Virus record (IMG/VR): IMGVR_UViG_3300021400_002728
Span: 261,154-325,153 of that record
Reading direction: 5' to 3' (one strand)
Length of the DNA: 64,000 nt
Source: a virus
Taxonomy: Duplodnaviria; Heunggongvirae; Uroviricota; Caudoviricetes
Made by a program: the position numbers and the translations under genes. Positions 29,752 through 38,297 of this stretch are shown in pieces (the stretch's first letter is position 1; every line of letters begins with the position of its first letter). A model generated the notes under the pieces. It was not told the DNA's origin. It worked only from the letters and a program-made list of their open reading frames with translations, and did not search any database.

Positions 29752-31608
29752 TTATCTCCTTATAAAGTACTGACTTTCTAAACCTTTAAGATAATGAACT
29801 ATATCATTAAATAAAGGTAATCCATTTGCTATTGTATATTGAGGTATAGAAATGATTAAGTTGTCTTCAGCTCTAGTCATTGCTACATACCAACATCTAA
29901 GTTCTTCTTCTTCATCATCTATATCATACTCAACACAGTCAAGTAAAATAGTAGTAGGCCATTCAAGACCTTTAGCACTATGGATAGTTGTAATTATAAC
30001 TCCACTCTCATCATCTTTATCTTTAACAGAATCAAGTGCAATATCATCAAGAAAATCAATTACGTTCTTATAACTTGCTGACATACTCTTAAGGATTTCA
30101 TAGATTTCTTGATCTCTCTTAATCTTTTCTAATGCATCAAACTTAGCACTGCTAGACATCTTTGTAGAGTTCTCAATCTTTGCTGTTCTTAATGCGAAAT
30201 AATATTCAGAAATCTTATCAAGTAACTTAGGTACATCATCAGTCATAGTCTTATAATCTTCAACCTTAGATACAAGCTCATTAAGATCATTACTGAACTT
30301 TCTAGTCTTAAACTTATCCCAGAATCTTTCTTCACTACTTACATCTGAAATATCTGTAGCAGCTTTAGCACCAATTCCAGGAATCAACTTAAGTACATTA
30401 AACCAACTAAACTTATCAGCCTTCTTAGTAGTGAGTGATAAGAATGATAACATATCATCAACTACTGCATACTCAGTAAACTTAAGACCACCACGCTTGA
30501 TAAATGGAATACCGGCCTTTGCAAGTTCATTCTCAAGTTTGAATGATGACATTGACTTACGCTCAATAATTGCTATATCACTTAAGTCATGCTTATGATT
30601 TGTATTAAGATCTTTAATCTTATTTATGATCCATTCTGCCTGATCTCTATCATCTCTATGGACCTTAATAACTGGCTTTTCACCATGTTTATTATTTGAT
30701 ACCATATTCGTATATGTCCAAGATCTGACATAATTGTTCATCATTGCATTAGTAGCATCAAGTATTTCCTGAGTAGATCTAAAGTTTGTACTTAATGAAA
30801 ATACTTCACAGTGTTCAAATGAATCTATAAAGTGCTGAATGTTCTGAACTCTAGCACCTCTAAACTTATAGATTGACTGTGAAATATCTCCTACAACAAC
30901 TATATTGTCGTTATATTTACTCATTCTAAGAAGCATTCTCAACTGAAGTTCATTAGTGTCCTGAAACTCATCTACCATAATAAATTCATAGGTTTTTGCG
31001 ATCTTTTCACAGATATCGTCCTTAGCAAGTAGATCGTTCATGTAAACTAACATATCATCAAAGTTGAACTTCTGCTGTTCCATTCCGGCTTTCTTAACTT
31101 CTGAGTATAATTGTCTAATTTCATTAGCATATTCAGAATACTTAGTATTATAAATGCACTGTTCTACTGTAGCATCTGTGTTAGTTATTCTAGAGAATAT
31201 TGTACCTAACTTGGTTGCGCTAGGAAAATTTTTCAGTTCTTCATAATATTCATTAGTACTCTTAACATACTCAATAAAAGTATTGTATTTAGAACCTGTA
31301 AGTATTTCAAATCCAGGCATAATGCCAATAGCTCGACCATAACGTCTAAGCATTAAGCCACAGAACTTATGATATGTAGATGCATATACATCTTTACATT
31401 TATCATTTACTTTAGAAGCTCTATACTTCATTTCTTCTGCAGCTGCATTAGTAAACGTAAGCATAGCAATTCTATTAGGTTCAACAAGATTAGCCAATAC
31501 TTGTATTCTACCAATTAGAGTAGACGTCTTACCACTACCAGCACCAGATAATACTGCTGCAGGTCCATAGGTATGATTTACTACTGCCATTTGCTCGTCA
31601 TTTAACAA
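29752..31608 (-). CDS. UvrD/PcrA-family SF1 helicase
   Basis: GAGSGKT, VDEFQD, QSIYKFRGA, NFRS, TIHSAKGLEW, YVAMTRA. Confidence 0.93.
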   Translation of the reverse strand: MLNDEQMAVVNHTYGPAAVLSGAGSGKTSTLIGRIQVLANLVEPNRIAMLTFTNAAAEEMKYRASKVNDKCKDVYASTYHKFCGLMLRRYGRAIGIMPGFEILTGSKYNTFIEYVKSTNEYYEELKNFPSATKLGTIFSRITNTDATVEQCIYNTKYSEYANEIRQLYSEVKKAGMEQQKFNFDDMLVYMNDLLAKDDICEKIAKTYEFIMVDEFQDTNELQLRMLLRMSKYNDNIVVVGDISQSIYKFRGARVQNIQHFIDSFEHCEVFSLSTNFRSTQEILDATNAMMNNYVRSWTYTNMVSNNKHGEKPVIKVHRDDRDQAEWIINKIKDLNTNHKHDLSDIAIIERKSMSSFKLENELAKAGIPFIKRGGLKFTEYAVVDDMLSFLSLTTKKADKFSWFNVLKLIPGIGAKAATDISDVSSEERFWDKFKTRKFSNDLNELVSKVEDYKTMTDDVPKLLDKISEYYFALRTAKIENSTKMSSSAKFDALEKIKRDQEIYEILKSMSASYKNVIDFLDDIALDSVKDKDDESGVIITTIHSAKGLEWPTTILLDCVEYDIDDEEEELRCWYVAMTRAEDNLIISIPQYTIANGLPLFNDIVHYLKGLESQYFIRR

Positions 31609-31620
31609 AATACTTTCCTC

Positions 31621-32115
31621 CTAAAATAAATCCTCAAAACTTATTCCGCAGTTTTCAAAGGATTTTCTGATTTTGTTTTCAGCGTACTTGATCGTCCAAC
31701 GAATATGCTCTTCAGAAGCATTAAATTCTTTTGCGATCTCTTTTAATGTTTTACTATTAGTGAAAACACCATAGTAATCAGTAAGTATCTTAAATTCCTT
31801 ATTGTTAAGGCATTCTTTAACTTTTTCTATAACCTTCTCAGGATCAATTGTTTTAATAGTAACAAACTGAATTGAATCGAAGCTTACCTTATCCTCTTCA
31901 TGTTTCTCAGAGATTTTTCTGAGTTTATTTTCAAGAGAAGCGTACAAGTTCTTCTTAAGATTTTTGTTATCATCTTTATGACTACGAAGATACTCTAACA
32001 TAGACCATTGCCCATCAGATAATAACTCATCTTCATCATGCTCTTCATTAGCATATTTCTTTACTAATGTCATAAGGCTCGGCATGAACTCCTCTATAAA
32101 TTTTTCATCGAACAT
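31621..32115 (-). CDS. sigma-70 region 4-like HTH protein
   Basis: YYG...KTLKEIAKEFNASEEHIR...AENKIR. Confidence 0.65.
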   Translation of the reverse strand: MFDEKFIEEFMPSLMTLVKKYANEEHDEDELLSDGQWSMLEYLRSHKDDNKNLKKNLYASLENKLRKISEKHEEDKVSFDSIQFVTIKTIDPEKVIEKVKECLNNKEFKILTDYYGVFTNSKTLKEIAKEFNASEEHIRWTIKYAENKIRKSFENCGISFEDLF

Positions 32116-32138
32116 TTAATTAATTTCCTTTCATTATT

Positions 32139-32167
32139 ATTATAACATGATTTGCACAAAATGTAAA
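32139..32167 (-). promoter_or_regulatory. sigma70-type promoter
   Basis: TTTACA-17-TATAAT, TG extended -10. Confidence 0.8.
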
Positions 32168-32230
32168 TAGTTTCGAAGTATAGCTGACATCCTGCAAAAA
32201 TTACAGAATGCCAGCTGTAGAAGGTAGACT

Positions 32231-33247
32231 TTATGAAAGTCTATTATCAGACATTTCGCACAGTTTATCATATACCAAATCCATAGACTGTACAATCTGT
32301 GGATGTGGTGAACCTGTTGTTCCATGCTTTCTAAGATTGATGACATGCTGCCACTCAACTTCATTAGCTGTTATAATAATCTCAGTTTTTACACTAGTAG
32401 GAAGTACATCTCTAGCAAACTGAGGCTTTACTTCAAGCTTAAGTAACTTAAAGTAATCGTACTCTGCTTTTTCACATGCATCTTTCCATGTTTTGAACTC
32501 TTCAGAGTCTTCAGCAAATTCATTAGGACGAATGAAAGTAATTTCATTTCCAAACTTATCTTTAGAATAGTTACAGTATCTAGTACTCTCCTGAGCAAAA
32601 CTGCAGAGTCTATGACGTACAAACTCATGGGTAATACCTCTATCACATACAAATAATACAGTATGAACGAGATGTCTCATGATAAGCTTATCTGCAATCG
32701 CTTTATCCGTAAATGTATCATAAGCATATTTCTTAAACTGATCTCTACTAAGAACTTCAATCTTATTTCCAGTGAATTCAGCAGGGAATATAGTTACTTC
32801 ACCAATATCATCAAATACTTCAGGATATTCTGCATTAAGCTTTTTATGTACAAGCTTAGATAAGTTACTACATGAAGCTAAGAACTTCTCATCAAATATA
32901 CCAATAAAAGATCTAAATGATCCAGAAATTACAAAGTTAGAACCACAGTCAGAAATATTAATAAAATTCTTAAGAGGGAAATTAGTTCCGTCTATATCAA
33001 TATCATTGTTGTATACTGCCTGTGAAAATGGTACTGCTATTTCAGTAGGTACTAACATAATAACATGTGCATGCTCAAGCATTGCTGTGTGACCTGACTT
33101 TTTAAGCCCCTGAACAAACTTAACTGCGCTATCGTCAGTAATGTTGTTTTCAGACTTATAGCAAGTACGTCCGGCTTTCTCCATAAACTGATATGGAGTT
33201 AAACCGTTTGCATCTAAATAAGTAGAAGATGGTTCGATAATTCTCAT
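32231..33247 (-). CDS. thyX: FAD-dependent thymidylate synthase
   Basis: GHTAMLEH, HEFVRHRLCSFAQESTRY (RHRx7S), ARDVLP. Confidence 0.93.
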   Translation of the reverse strand: MRIIEPSSTYLDANGLTPYQFMEKAGRTCYKSENNITDDSAVKFVQGLKKSGHTAMLEHAHVIMLVPTEIAVPFSQAVYNNDIDIDGTNFPLKNFINISDCGSNFVISGSFRSFIGIFDEKFLASCSNLSKLVHKKLNAEYPEVFDDIGEVTIFPAEFTGNKIEVLSRDQFKKYAYDTFTDKAIADKLIMRHLVHTVLFVCDRGITHEFVRHRLCSFAQESTRYCNYSKDKFGNEITFIRPNEFAEDSEEFKTWKDACEKAEYDYFKLLKLEVKPQFARDVLPTSVKTEIIITANEVEWQHVINLRKHGTTGSPHPQIVQSMDLVYDKLCEMSDNRLS

Positions 33248-33266
33248 TTTTCTAATTTCCTTTCTA

Positions 33267-33626
33267 TTAATTTAACGCTTTATTTATAGCTTCTAATACG
33301 CGATCAGCTTGAAATGGTTTTACAATAAAATCTTTTGCACCAGATTGAATTGCTTCAATAACCATCATTTGCTGACCCATAGCAGAACACATAACAACCC
33401 TTGCATCTGGATCAACTGCTTTAATATTTTTCAGACCTTGCAGACCATCAATTTCTGGCATGGTTATATCCATAGTAACAAGATCTGGATTGACTTCTTT
33501 ATATTTTTCTAATGCCTCTCGACCATTTGTAGCCTCTCCAACAATTGTATGCCCATTTTTTACTAAAATATCTTTTAGCATCATTCGCATAAATGTTGCA
33601 TCGTCTACTATTAAAATTTTAGCCAT
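33267..33626 (-). CDS. cheY: CheY-like single-domain response regulator
   Basis: ILIVDDATFMRMMLKDIL, MDITMP, MCSAMGQQ, FIVKPF, close to Firmicutes CheY. Confidence 0.88.
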   Translation of the reverse strand: MAKILIVDDATFMRMMLKDILVKNGHTIVGEATNGREALEKYKEVNPDLVTMDITMPEIDGLQGLKNIKAVDPDARVVMCSAMGQQMMVIEAIQSGAKDFIVKPFQADRVLEAINKALN

Positions 33627-33645
33627 TACTCCACCTCGCTAAATA

Positions 33646-34080
33646 CTACTGTGCGATGTCTTTTTTATCATCATTCAATAAAAACTTTGGAATCCTATCT
33701 GGATTCTGCTCATAAAACTCTTTTCTGATTTTATTACATCTTTCATAGCTTGTACTATTAAATAGTTCATCTACATATTTAACTACTTCTTCGAAAGATA
33801 ACTTTTCAAAATACTCTGTGTTAGGTATACGATTCATATTATAATGTGTATGCAATGAAGTTTCAAGCGAATATAAATAAGTCATAGGACTAATCGCTAC
33901 TCTTAAAATTCGGTTTCCACCATTATTACTTCCAGATAAAGATCTGAACCTTTGAATAGGATTAGTCGTACGACCTATTTTAATATTTCCTTGTGGATAA
34001 TTCTGAAGTACATATATGTACAGTTGATTCTCATCTGCAACAGTTTCTCGTATATCTGAAAGATTCATATATACATTCAT
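33646..34080 (-). CDS. GIY-YIG-like (T5orf172) domain protein
   Basis: YIYVL..IKIGRT.NP..R..LE..LH...EYF. Confidence 0.7.
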   Translation of the reverse strand: MNVYMNLSDIRETVADENQLYIYVLQNYPQGNIKIGRTTNPIQRFRSLSGSNNGGNRILRVAISPMTYLYSLETSLHTHYNMNRIPNTEYFEKLSFEEVVKYVDELFNSTSYERCNKIRKEFYEQNPDRIPKFLLNDDKKDIAQ

Positions 34081-35723
34081 TTTATTTCCTTTTTATATTG
34101 CATTTTTATAGTACCACAGTCATATACTTGTAACCAGCCACATCTACGCATATTCTGAGATTCTGTTTCATTTGGGTTAAAATCAGATCCTAGCAATTTA
34201 GATAATTTATGTTTTTGTGCAGCTATACGATTAAGTGCTATATTACCTTTATAATATTTATATGATGGACCAGAGGTACTGATGATTGTAAAACCTAATG
34301 TTTTATAACCGTTTCCAGAAAATATAGCTCTATCTACATAAGATATAAGTTCAGTATATGGTTGATGTTTCATAAGTTTAGAGAACCCACCAATAACTTG
34401 AGTATTAAGTTTGGTACACATTCTAAGTAATTCTATTTCATTTTTCTTAAATCTAGAACTACCAATACATATTAACTGAACTAATTCATCATTATAGTAT
34501 AAACCTAATCTATAAGTAGATTTTACTTTTCCTTGTATATGATTGACATTTAAGAAATTGTCAGCTTCATTATGATCTACTTCTTGTATTTTACACTGTC
34601 TAGCATATATTTTAGTTTCATATTCACCTAATGCAGACAATATAATAGATTTACATATATCAGTTTTATTTATCCAGTCATAATCTGTAATATGAATCAG
34701 TCGTATACCAAGTTCTTCACATGCTATAGACTTATCTAAATGATAGTGTGACTCAGTACCAGCATTAGCTGAATGATACCAAATTCCATCTACTTCTATA
34801 GCTACTTTTATGTCTGGTAAATATACATCTAATTCTTTTGGATTAATAACTGATCTAGTATTTCTAATAATAGTTTTATTATAATGTTGTTTAACAAATG
34901 ATGCGATATTATTTTCTATAACTGACTTTCCAGTACTAGTAGGTTCATGTTTTAATATTTCATCTATATCAGAAATTTTAACATAGTATCTATCATTATA
35001 TAATAAAAGTCTATTATGAAATACTGAATCTTTTACACTATAACTTACATCTAATTCAGTTAATGGTATACATGCATTTTGACTACAGAATTCTTTACTT
35101 TTTAATTCTCTAGTTTCTTTTATTTTGGCTTGAGCTTTTTTAGACGCTCCGCCATTTTCACATCCATATCGTTCTAAGCATGTTTGCTTTATCTTATTTT
35201 TGCCATATTCTGATGCAAATATATTTTCACTACCATATTTTTCTACATTATTTTTCTTAATTTTATCTTGTATTTTTGTAGATGAAAATGGATTAATTGC
35301 ACCATATTTTCTTAGACAAGTTTCTTGTCGTTTTTTAACAGTAACTTCTGATGATATAGCATCTTTACACTTTTGTCGAGTCGAACTAAGTTGTAATATA
35401 GAAGCTACTCCATATTTTTTCATATTAGTTTCTCTTATTTTATCCATTTTTGCTTGACGCTTTTCATCAGTCATACTTGATTTAATTTTATCTTGCACAT
35501 CTGGATCTAAATTAGCACACTTAGATGAACAATATACTCTATATCCATCTATTGCACTTATAAAAGATGTAGGCTTTCCACATATTTTACATTTACCATC
35601 TGTATCAACTTTTATATATTGATCATAATAGTTTTTAGCTGTTATATTATGTGAATGTGTTAAGTGTGACGGTATGCCTAATTTATTTTTTAATTCTTTA
35701 CCACATATCTTACATATAATCAT
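34077..35723 (-). CDS. free-standing homing endonuclease (Zn-finger, KYG repeats, Vsr-like nuclease, Hef-like C-terminal domain)
   Basis: ELDVYLPDIKVAIEVDGIWYH; ELLRMC..GGFSKL..SYVDR..VYDCG. Confidence 0.8.
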   Translation of the reverse strand: MIICKICGKELKNKLGIPSHLTHSHNITAKNYYDQYIKVDTDGKCKICGKPTSFISAIDGYRVYCSSKCANLDPDVQDKIKSSMTDEKRQAKMDKIRETNMKKYGVASILQLSSTRQKCKDAISSEVTVKKRQETCLRKYGAINPFSSTKIQDKIKKNNVEKYGSENIFASEYGKNKIKQTCLERYGCENGGASKKAQAKIKETRELKSKEFCSQNACIPLTELDVSYSVKDSVFHNRLLLYNDRYYVKISDIDEILKHEPTSTGKSVIENNIASFVKQHYNKTIIRNTRSVINPKELDVYLPDIKVAIEVDGIWYHSANAGTESHYHLDKSIACEELGIRLIHITDYDWINKTDICKSIILSALGEYETKIYARQCKIQEVDHNEADNFLNVNHIQGKVKSTYRLGLYYNDELVQLICIGSSRFKKNEIELLRMCTKLNTQVIGGFSKLMKHQPYTELISYVDRAIFSGNGYKTLGFTIISTSGPSYKYYKGNIALNRIAAQKHKLSKLLGSDFNPNETESQNMRRCGWLQVYDCGTIKMQYKKEIK

Positions 35724-35783
35724 AATAAATTACTCCTTTCTATTATGATTAAATAGCCTTTAATACTATCTTAATATGCGGTA

Positions 35784-36575
35784 TTAATGAACTAATGTAT
35801 CATACATCATAACTGGTGTATTTTCTTCCATACATCCGGTACCACCGCAAATAAGTATACTGGTACTTGGTACAGTTTCATATAACTCGTCATTCTTATT
35901 TTGATCGTTAAGATACCAACCAATTGGACTGACTTTTTGCGTATTTGGATTAATCGTAAGTCCCATAGGAACGATATTCCAGAACTTATCATCATTAGGT
36001 GTAAATGAAGCTCTATTAGGAATAGGCTGTCTCTTTTTACACTCTACCATGATAACACCTTGGTCAATGAATGTTTTGATATAGTAGTAAGAATAATGAA
36101 TTGATTTATCTGACATTTCAGTAACAAATTCTTTCTTATCTACTTCCTTACCAGATCTATCATAATTGATATAGATATATCGACTATCATAGAAGATAAT
36201 TGAGGTACCCAAGCGTTTTTCAGCAATTTCATATACCCAATCATCAAAAGGTGCTTTTCTTAAAAATATCATTTTTACTAATATACCAAATGCTAAAATT
36301 ACTAATGAGATTACGACTAAACCAATACATATGTAAAGTCGATAAATCTTATTTGCAGTAATAGCTAAGAATATTGGATTCTGTGTCTTAACTGCTAAAA
36401 TTGCTGCACCAAAAGCAAGGGCAGCCATGACTAATCCGAAGATAGATAAAAATCTGCAAACCTTAAACATCTTATAGGCAATTTGATGTTTAGGTTGCAC
36501 ACCTTTTAGGACTTGGACGTCATCATGGGAATCAGCCATACTATCATGGACCTGTTTAGCTTCCTGTTGTGCCAT
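35784..36575 (-). CDS. FtsK/SpoIIIE-family ATPase 1, N-terminal half (2 TM) ending in 16-aa IntN-1
   Basis: Two TM helices, VPMGL..IGW, SILICGGTG (first half of Walker A), then CMEENTPVMMYDTLVH-stop. Confidence 0.85.
   Translation of the reverse strand: MAQQEAKQVHDSMADSHDDVQVLKGVQPKHQIAYKMFKVCRFLSIFGLVMAALAFGAAILAVKTQNPIFLAITANKIYRLYICIGLVVISLVILAFGILVKMIFLRKAPFDDWVYEIAEKRLGTSIIFYDSRYIYINYDRSGKEVDKKEFVTEMSDKSIHYSYYYIKTFIDQGVIMVECKKRQPIPNRASFTPNDDKFWNIVPMGLTINPNTQKVSPIGWYLNDQNKNDELYETVPSTSILICGGTGCMEENTPVMMYDTLVH
35787..35834 (-). other. split intein N-fragment IntN-1 (16 aa)
   Basis: CMEENTPVMMYD matches intein block A (C-h-x-x-x-T-x-V-x-M-x-D). Confidence 0.85.
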
Positions 36576-36611
36576 GTTCTTTATTTCCTTTCATTTTACT
36601 ATAATTTCCAT

Positions 36612-37342
36612 TCAATATACATCATCAACTATATGGAATACCTCTCCATCTATCATTTCGATATGTATTCGAACTGTAGTTTTAGTTGATTCTTCAAAAG
36701 ACTTAATAAACTTATCAAGAACCTTTCCATATACTGTACCAAATTTCTTTGGATCTGTAGTAGGATAACATTTACCCTTCAGCCTGCTACAATACTGATC
36801 AAATCTTTTATACCAATCAGTAGGTAGTTTTTCTACCTCTACTACATCATCTTCAAGATCATCAATACAGTCTTTGGCATCAGATTCATCAGCAGCAGAC
36901 ATAATGTAGTTACCACTTCCATCTCTAATTATACATCCATCTTCAGTTATCTGGATCTCATAACCATTGTACTGCATTTGTCTACTCCTTTCTATAGTTC
37001 ACCTTCATATATTCCTGCTTCTTTTAATTTGTTTAGCATTTCCCATTGTGCATGTGTCAAGGGTTTATCATCTGGTTTAGTAATAGCACCACTCCAAATA
37101 GATACACATCCAGACATATTACATAACCATGTAACGAAGTCGAAGTAGTAGTCCTCTGGACACATATCAGCTAACTCCGACCTCGAAACATGTAATTGAT
37201 CACAACATATAGCAATCAGTTTTTCCTGATGTGATGGTACGGCGTATTCCACTGTGCCGTCTGGGAACATAACTACTTCCAAATAGTGCACATAGTGTTG
37301 CTTATGCTGTTCAATATCAAATTTAGAATATAAATCGTACAT
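36612..37342 (-). CDS. two hypothetical proteins (36612-36977, 36992-37342)
   Basis: Consecutive ORFs with RBS-like sequences. Confidence 0.55.
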
Positions 37343-37346
37343 TTAA

Positions 37347-38243
37347 TTATCCTTTTATACTTTCAATTACTCCTGCTAAAGATGCAATGTTTGAAGGAAT
37401 AACAATCTTCTCAGCTTTACCATCTGCAGCTTTCTCAAACGAATCAAGTGCCTTAAGCTGTACAAACTGATCTGCACTGATTCCAGCTTGTTTAAGCATA
37501 TTAAGACCATCAGCTTCAGCCTGCTTATGAAGTCTAATATTTGCTGCATGACCTTCAGCTTCAAGTTCAAGCTCTTTCTTAAGTGCTTCAGCTCTAAGTA
37601 CTCTAGCTTCCTTTTCACCTTCTGCTTCAAGAATAGCCGCTTTTTTCTGACCTTCGGCAATGAGGATCTGTTCTCTTCTTTCACGCTCGGCTTTCATCTG
37701 CTTTTCCATTGCATTCTGAATTTCTGCAGGTGGCATAATGTTCTTAACTTCTACTCTATTTACCTTAATTCCCCAAGGATCTGTAGCTTCATCAAGTACA
37801 CTCTGCATTTTAGCGTTAATAGTTTCTCTTGACGTAAGAGTCTCATCAAGTTCCATCTCACCAATAATATTTCTAAGTGTAGTTGCAGTTAATGATTCAA
37901 GTGCAAAGAAAGGATCTTCTACACCATAAGTAAACAGTCTAGCATTAACTACTTTATAGAATACAACTGTATCAATATGCATAGTTACATTATCTTTAGT
38001 AATAACTGGCTGAGGTGGATAATCACCAATCTGCTCTTTAAGTGAAACCTTTCTAACTACTCTATCTACGTAAGGTAAAATAAAATTTAACCCTGCAAGT
38101 TTAGTTGAACAATATTTTCCGAGACGCTCAACTACATATGCATGTTCCTGAGGAACGATTTTAATTGTAAATACAAGTAATGTGATGATTAAAGCCATCA
38201 ATAGAATAATAATGAATACTGGCATAATTATTTCTCCTCTCAA
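37347..38243 (-). CDS. SPFH/band 7 (stomatin-like) membrane protein
   Basis: VVERLGKY, VITKDNV, LRNIIGEMELDETLTSR, QMKAERERR. Confidence 0.92.
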   Translation of the reverse strand: MRGEIIMPVFIIILLMALIITLLVFTIKIVPQEHAYVVERLGKYCSTKLAGLNFILPYVDRVVRKVSLKEQIGDYPPQPVITKDNVTMHIDTVVFYKVVNARLFTYGVEDPFFALESLTATTLRNIIGEMELDETLTSRETINAKMQSVLDEATDPWGIKVNRVEVKNIMPPAEIQNAMEKQMKAERERREQILIAEGQKKAAILEAEGEKEARVLRAEALKKELELEAEGHAANIRLHKQAEADGLNMLKQAGISADQFVQLKALDSFEKAADGKAEKIVIPSNIASLAGVIESIKG

Positions 38244-38297
38244 TAAAAAATGGAGTGACTGTTTTTACAATCACTCCTCTTTTATATTAAATAGCTC

